Source: Candidatus Krumholzibacteriota bacterium (GTDB lineage: Bacteria; Krumholzibacteriota; Krumholzibacteriia; JAJRXK01). Taken from it: 64,000 nt of DNA. The notes below the pieces were generated by a model. It worked only from the letters and a program-made list of their open reading frames with translations, searched no databases and had not been told where the DNA came from. This document shows, one piece after another, positions 59,153 through 64,000 of this stretch. The stretch lies in assembly GCA_963727455.1 (NCBI GenBank), contig CAVSGG010000005.1, positions 352,001 through 416,000 of the forward strand, read 5' to 3'. The first letter of the stretch is position 1. Every line of letters begins with the position of its first letter. The position numbers were made by a program, and so were the translations under genes.

Positions 59153-59833
59153 ATGGATCTACAGAGTCCCAAAGTACAGCGAATCCTCATCTCATCTCTG
59201 GTGAGCGTGCTGATCCTGTACCTCTTCTTTGGAAGCTCCATGCTCGGGTTCTCGTATCGAGCCAAGAAGGCCCAGATCGAGACCCTGCAGACCAAATACG
59301 ACGGGCTTTCCCGCGATTTGGAGCGAGCTCGCGTCATCGCGCGCAATTTGCCCAAGCTGGAGCAAGAGTACCAGTACCTCCACGAACAGTGGCTCATCGC
59401 TCGCAATCTTCTTCCCGAAGAGAACGAGATGGAGCCATTGCTTCGGAAGGTCTCGGCTGCCGCACAGCAGGCGGGTCTATCCTGGGTGGAGTATCGACCT
59501 CAACCTCCCATTCAACGCGAGTATTACGCGGAGAATCCCATTTCGATTCAGGTCGAGGGGAACTTCCACCAGGTCGGGACATTCCTGGGCCAGGTAGCGA
59601 ACCTCAATCGCATCGTGAACGTGCGCAACATCAAGCTCGAGGGCGTAAAGCCCGAGCAGCAGGGCAAAGAGGACAATCTCTATTCCCTCAAGGGCAAGAT
59701 GCAGATCGTGGCGTACACGGTTCCCAATACTCCGGCGAACCCGGACGCACCGAAGCAAAACCTGAAGAGCGCCCAGCAGCGTCTGGGAAGAACGAGCGCC
59801 AACCCCAATGCGGCCCAGGCCGCGGGAAAATAG
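59153..59833 (+). CDS. pilO: Type IV pilus assembly protein PilO
   Basis: TM, coiled coil, LLP...E, YYAENPI.I.VEG.FHQ...F...VA.L.RIVNV. Confidence 0.92.
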   Translation: MDLQSPKVQRILISSLVSVLILYLFFGSSMLGFSYRAKKAQIETLQTKYDGLSRDLERARVIARNLPKLEQEYQYLHEQWLIARNLLPEENEMEPLLRKVSAAAQQAGLSWVEYRPQPPIQREYYAENPISIQVEGNFHQVGTFLGQVANLNRIVNVRNIKLEGVKPEQQGKEDNLYSLKGKMQIVAYTVPNTPANPDAPKQNLKSAQQRLGRTSANPNAAQAAGK

Positions 59834-59851
59834 CCAAAGGAGCTGGCGAGC

Positions 59852-60310
59852 ATGAGTAAGAAGATTCTCACCGCAACTCTTGGCGCAGTGCTGCTCGTTC
59901 TGAGCCTGGTCGTCAACGTCGCGGCGCAGACAGAGGCCAAAGCGGCCACACCTTCGGACGAAGCGCAATCGCGCATCAAGTCCATTCGGAACAACGAATA
60001 CTTCTATCAGTCCTACGGGCGAGTTGATCCCTTCCGGGCGTTGGTCACGGGAGATTTCAAGGAAGAGCCCAAAGCCGAACTCGCGGACATCAATTCTGCG
60101 ACTCTCGTCGGCATCATGTGGGGCGCGTCCGAGAAGTACGCACTCTTGGAGGACGGACACGGAAACGGGTTCATCCTTCGGGTCGGCGATCGGGTCCGTA
60201 ACGGCCGGATCGTTGCAATTCAAGACGACAGCGTGGTGGCTACCATCTCGCTCTATGGAATCACCTCGAGAGTCGTTCTTCGACTCGAGCAGAAGAAGGA
60301 AAAGCGATGA
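59852..60310 (+). CDS. pilP: PilP-like protein
   Basis: Y...GR.DPF, LVGIMW, ALLED..G.G..LRVGD....G.I..I. Position between pilO and pilQ. Confidence 0.85.
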   Translation: MSKKILTATLGAVLLVLSLVVNVAAQTEAKAATPSDEAQSRIKSIRNNEYFYQSYGRVDPFRALVTGDFKEEPKAELADINSATLVGIMWGASEKYALLEDGHGNGFILRVGDRVRNGRIVAIQDDSVVATISLYGITSRVVLRLEQKKEKR

Positions 60311-62130
60311 TCACCATCCTAAACGGCAAATCAGGGTTGGTCGGCGCCCTGCTCATGGTCCTGGGACTGACCGTGCTCTCGGGTTTGGCAACTGCGAGCG
60401 ACGACGGCATTCTCAATACGCGGACTGCTGACATCGTGAGCGTGAACCTCGTTGCGAGTGGCGACGCCACTCACATCGCGGTCAACGCGCGCGGTCAAGT
60501 CACCCCTAGGGCCATGCAGTTGGCCGACCCGGATCGGTTTGTGGTCGATTTCACCGGAGGGATCCTCCGGGCCGATACGACTCCGATCGAGGGCGATGGA
60601 AAGCTCGTGAAGAACGTGCGAGTTTCGCAGTTCTCCCTGAGCCCGGTCCCCATCACCCGATTGGTCATCGATCTGGCAGCACCTGCTCAGAGTCGAGTGG
60701 AAGCGAGCGAGAGCGGATTCGTCATCGAGGTGCTCCCCAAGAGCGCCGACGCCAGCGAGTTTGCGGCCTCGGAAGCTTCGTATCCGAGCGAGGAGGTCAA
60801 CAGCCTGCCCGCTGATCACTGGCAGGAGGCCGACAACCAGCCGCGTGCGGCACAACCGGTTCGTCGTGAAACGGATGCCAACTACGCGCGCACCTTCAGT
60901 ATCAACGTTCAGAACGCTGACATTCAGACGATCTTGCGCAGCATTGCCGAGTTCAGCGGCGAGAACGTGATCAGCTCGCCCGACGTGGTGGGCCCGGTCA
61001 CTGCGACACTGAGCGACGTGCCATGGCGTGAGGCGCTGGACGTCATTCTGAGTGCCAACGGATTCGGATATGTCGAGGAACACGGGGTTATCCGTGTGGA
61101 CACCCTGAAGAAGTTGCGCGAGGAAGAGGTCGCCAAGAAGTCCGCCACGCAGAAGATCGAGCAGTTGGAGCCACTCCAGACCAAGGCCATCCGGATCGAC
61201 TTCGCGAATGCGGAAGAGGTCAAGGATGCGATGAAGGACGTCGTGACCAATCGTGGTTCGATCCAAGTGGAGCCGCGCACGAATAGCATCATCGTGAACG
61301 ACATTCCTTCGGCCATAGCCAGGGTCGAGGAGATGGCGCATCAGCTCGACTCCCGGACGCCTCAGGTTCACATCGACGCCATGCTGCTGGATGTGGATAC
61401 CAGCGTCGGCCGGGATTTGGGTATCGTCTGGTCCGCCAACAATCTCGGCGGGGCCGACATCCACGGAAACGGCTCGGTGACCGCACCGGTGGAGAACCCC
61501 GTGGGTCTCTTCAACGTGGGAACGGTCCAGGACTGGGCGACCCTGAACGCGGAAGTTCAGGCCTTGCAGGAGAACAATCAGGCCCAGATCATCTCCAATC
61601 CTTCGATCACCACGACCGACAACCGCGAAGCCACGATTCTGGTGGGTCAGAAGATCCCCCTGATCGTCGCCGACGAGGCTGGCAACGCGGTGACGCAGCT
61701 GACCACGATCGGGATTCGTCTCATCGTGACGCCGCACATCAACAGCGACAACCAGATCACCCTCGACGTGCACCCGGAGGTCTCCGACCTCTCGAGTCAG
61801 GCCACGGTTCAGGGTGGAGTCATCATCAACACCAGCGAAGCCGACACCCGCGTGCTCGTGAATAACACCCAGACCGCGGTGATCGCTGGCTTGATTCGTG
61901 ACGTGGAGAGCAAGCTCACGACGGGCGTGCCGATCCTGATGGACGTTCCGCTGCTGGGGAACCTCTTCAAGAGTACCTCGAGCACGAAGTCCAAGCGTGA
62001 GTTGATGGTCTTCATCACTCCTCGGATCATCAACGAGGGGAACCAGATGCTGGACCAGCGTCAGGAGAAGGTCCTCCACGATCTTCAGGACCGCAAGGCT
62101 GAGACGGCTACCAAGGGCGTGGGCATGTAG
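60307..62130 (+). CDS. pilQ: Type IV pilus secretin with AMIN domain
   Basis: AMIN domain (L.DPDRFVVDF, VRVSQF...RLVIDL), N0/N3 domains and secretin GVPIL.DVPLLG.LFK...ELMVFITPRI. Confidence 0.95.
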   Translation: MITILNGKSGLVGALLMVLGLTVLSGLATASDDGILNTRTADIVSVNLVASGDATHIAVNARGQVTPRAMQLADPDRFVVDFTGGILRADTTPIEGDGKLVKNVRVSQFSLSPVPITRLVIDLAAPAQSRVEASESGFVIEVLPKSADASEFAASEASYPSEEVNSLPADHWQEADNQPRAAQPVRRETDANYARTFSINVQNADIQTILRSIAEFSGENVISSPDVVGPVTATLSDVPWREALDVILSANGFGYVEEHGVIRVDTLKKLREEEVAKKSATQKIEQLEPLQTKAIRIDFANAEEVKDAMKDVVTNRGSIQVEPRTNSIIVNDIPSAIARVEEMAHQLDSRTPQVHIDAMLLDVDTSVGRDLGIVWSANNLGGADIHGNGSVTAPVENPVGLFNVGTVQDWATLNAEVQALQENNQAQIISNPSITTTDNREATILVGQKIPLIVADEAGNAVTQLTTIGIRLIVTPHINSDNQITLDVHPEVSDLSSQATVQGGVIINTSEADTRVLVNNTQTAVIAGLIRDVESKLTTGVPILMDVPLLGNLFKSTSSTKSKRELMVFITPRIINEGNQMLDQRQEKVLHDLQDRKAETATKGVGM

Positions 62131-62154
62131 CTCCAAGCCTGTGGGGTGGAAACG

Positions 62155-62186
62155 GGGCGCCGGACTTCGAGTCCGGCGCCCTTTTT
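62155..62186 (+). terminator. Rho-independent terminator after pilQ
   Basis: GGGCGCCGGAC-TTCGA-GTCCGGCGCCC followed by TTTTT. Confidence 0.85.
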
Positions 62187-62286
62187 CGTTCCAGGAGGCG
62201 ACGGAACTCCTCGCCTTGCCCTATCCGGCGATTGTGATCTACCCTCCCTCTAAGCCCCTTCCACTCAATCCCAAAGGAGAGAGCCC

Positions 62287-63474
62287 GTGCTGCGTCTGCT
62301 CACCGCCGGGGAAAGCCATGGTCCCCAACTCACCGTCATTCTGGACGGTTTGCCAGCCGGAATCCCCGTAGATCCAGAAGCTCTGCGCCGCGGCATGGCT
62401 CGCCGTCAGATCGGATTCGGCCGGGGCAATCGTCAGCGTATCGAACAGGACATGGCCGAGTGCGTGGCGGGCGTTCGTTTCGGCAGGACCACGGGCGCTC
62501 CCATCGCTCTCGTGGTGAAAAACCGGGATCACGAGAACTGGAGTGAGGCTCTCTCGCCCTTCGGCGATCCTCCACGCGAATCGCAGCGTCGCCTCACTCG
62601 GCCGCGTCCCGGGCACGCTGACCTGGTCGGTATGCTCAAGTACGCTCACCACGATGCGCGCGACGTACTCGAGCGCGCGAGCGCGCGCGAGACTGCGGCA
62701 CGCGTTGCAGCGGGGGAGGTACTGCGCCTCTTCTTGGGCGAGCTGGGTGTCACCATCCGTTCGCACGTCATCCAGATCGGTGGGGTGAAGGCTGAACTTC
62801 AGGGCATCGCACAGACGGAGATTTTCGAGCTGGCCGAGGCCAACGATTTGCGCTGCGCTGAGGGCTACGAGGCGATGCGCGCGGCGATCCGAAAGGCACA
62901 GGCACAGGGAGACACGCTGGGCGGCATTTTTGAAGTGGTGGTGTATGGTCTACCGCCAGGCTTGGGTTCCTCCATGGCTCCCGACCGCAAGCTCGACGCT
63001 CGTTTGGCCGCCGCGCTGCTGTCGATTCCCGCCGTGAAGGGGATGGAGATCGGCCCCGCCTTCGCCAATGCAGCCCTCCCGGGATCCTCGGTGCACGATG
63101 AGATCGTTCCCGTCGCGGGGAAACCGCCGCGGCGCGCGAGCAATCGGGCCGGTGGACTGGAAGGGGGGATGACCACCGGAGAGGCCCTGATTCTCCGCGG
63201 TGCGATGAAGCCCATCTCCACCCTCAAGAAGGCATTGCGATCGGTGGACATGGAGCGCAACCTGGAGCAGAAAGCCGCATTCGAGCGCAGTGACGTCTGC
63301 GCGGTCCCCGCGGCCGGGGTAGTGGGAGAGGCGGTCGTGATGTTCGTGCTCGCGGAGGCCTTCCTGGAGTCTTTCGCGGGTGACACTCTGCCGCGCATGA
63401 AAGCCTCACTGGAACGCTTCCAAGAGGAACTCTGCAAGCGCATGCGCGCGGCCGAGACGGGAGGCGATTCTTGA
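62287..63474 (+). CDS. aroC: Chorismate synthase
   Basis: TAGESHG, RPGHAD, ERASARETAARVA, SNRAGGLEGG, MKPISTL, RSDVC. Confidence 0.98.
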   Translation: MLRLLTAGESHGPQLTVILDGLPAGIPVDPEALRRGMARRQIGFGRGNRQRIEQDMAECVAGVRFGRTTGAPIALVVKNRDHENWSEALSPFGDPPRESQRRLTRPRPGHADLVGMLKYAHHDARDVLERASARETAARVAAGEVLRLFLGELGVTIRSHVIQIGGVKAELQGIAQTEIFELAEANDLRCAEGYEAMRAAIRKAQAQGDTLGGIFEVVVYGLPPGLGSSMAPDRKLDARLAAALLSIPAVKGMEIGPAFANAALPGSSVHDEIVPVAGKPPRRASNRAGGLEGGMTTGEALILRGAMKPISTLKKALRSVDMERNLEQKAAFERSDVCAVPAAGVVGEAVVMFVLAEAFLESFAGDTLPRMKASLERFQEELCKRMRAAETGGDS

Positions 63475-64000
63475 AACCCATCGTCGCTCTCGTCGGCTTC
63501 ATGGGAGCGGGAAAGAGCAGCATCGGGCAACGCCTGGCCCCCATGCTGAAGCGCCCCTTCGTGGATTTGGATGCCATGATCGAATCCGAGGCCGCCTGCA
63601 CGATCTCCGAGATCTTCTCGCAGGAGGGCGAGGCAGGATTCCGCCGGCGCGAGCGCGATGCTCTCCGCCAAGCGCTCGCCGGGTCCCCCTGTGTCTTGGC
63701 GGTGGGAGGAGGAACCGTGTTCGACCCCGCGAATCGCTCCTTTCTGCGTGGTAGCGCAACTGTGGTCTGGCTGGATCCCGAGTTCGCCCTGCTGAGAACG
63801 CGCCTGAAGCGGGAGGAAGGCCAGCTGCGGCCTCTCGTGAGAGAACTCGGACCGGCCGGACTCGCACGCCTCTACACCGAACGGAGGTTCAGCTACGCCG
63901 CGGCGGCGCATCTACGCGTGAACGTGGGCCAGAGCTCGCCACTCAGTTTGGCCCGAACTCTGGGCGCTCTCCTGCAGCAGGCGAGGCACCCCGGAGCGGG
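63471..64000 (+). CDS. aroK: Shikimate kinase (3' truncated by window)
   Basis: TTG 63471 reads LKPIVALVGFMGAGKSSIGQRLA...FVDLD..IE...I.EIF...GE.GFRRRE...VGGG...RPL. Overlaps the aroC stop. Confidence 0.92.
   Translation, partial: MKPIVALVGFMGAGKSSIGQRLAPMLKRPFVDLDAMIESEAACTISEIFSQEGEAGFRRRERDALRQALAGSPCVLAVGGGTVFDPANRSFLRGSATVVWLDPEFALLRTRLKREEGQLRPLVRELGPAGLARLYTERRFSYAAAAHLRVNVGQSSPLSLARTLGALLQQARHPGA

Noticed and set aside
60331-62136. 601-aa antisense ORF within pilQ (similar ones lie opposite pilR, pilC and pilA)
   Set aside because: Codon-bias shadow ORFs without domain signatures.

Overview
High-GC, gene-dense, almost entirely plus-strand bacterial chromosome segment. I found no mobile elements, CRISPR arrays, rRNA or tRNA. 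The gene content (PorU/PorV, FlgD-Ig/T9SS-type C-terminal domains, stand-alone GlmU N-domain, deltaproteobacterial-style pil locus) suggests a non-Bacteroidota FCB-superphylum organism such as Krumholzibacteriota, Latescibacterota or Eisenbacteria; this is inference only. Blocks: (1) 1-16 kb housekeeping: panC end, short glmU, HIT, LytR_C, DUF4321, tatA, mrfAB-like helicase/exonuclease, CDF transporter, SurA/PpiD, M23 peptidase, dnaE, accA, Trm112. (2) 16.1-32.9 kb, a tightly packed T9SS-like/outer-membrane cluster: porU-like C25 sortase, porV, M6 protease with CTD, two paralogous membrane proteins, NHL lipoprotein, a 1149-aa SprA-motif beta-barrel and an Omp85/TamA-like protein. (3) ligA, dinG, hutU, hutI. 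(4) 41-62 kb type IVa pilus region: SgmX-like TPR protein, candidate structured ncRNA, plug-containing porin, comEA, pilB-T-C-S-R, two tandem pilA, pilH/I/G-like ABC module, frameshifted pilD, pilM-N-O-P-Q, then aroC-aroK. Four sigma-54 promoter motifs are visible, three with a shared upstream palindrome. Two homopolymer frameshifts may be long-read errors or phase variation. All family assignments are by motif recognition, not database search.
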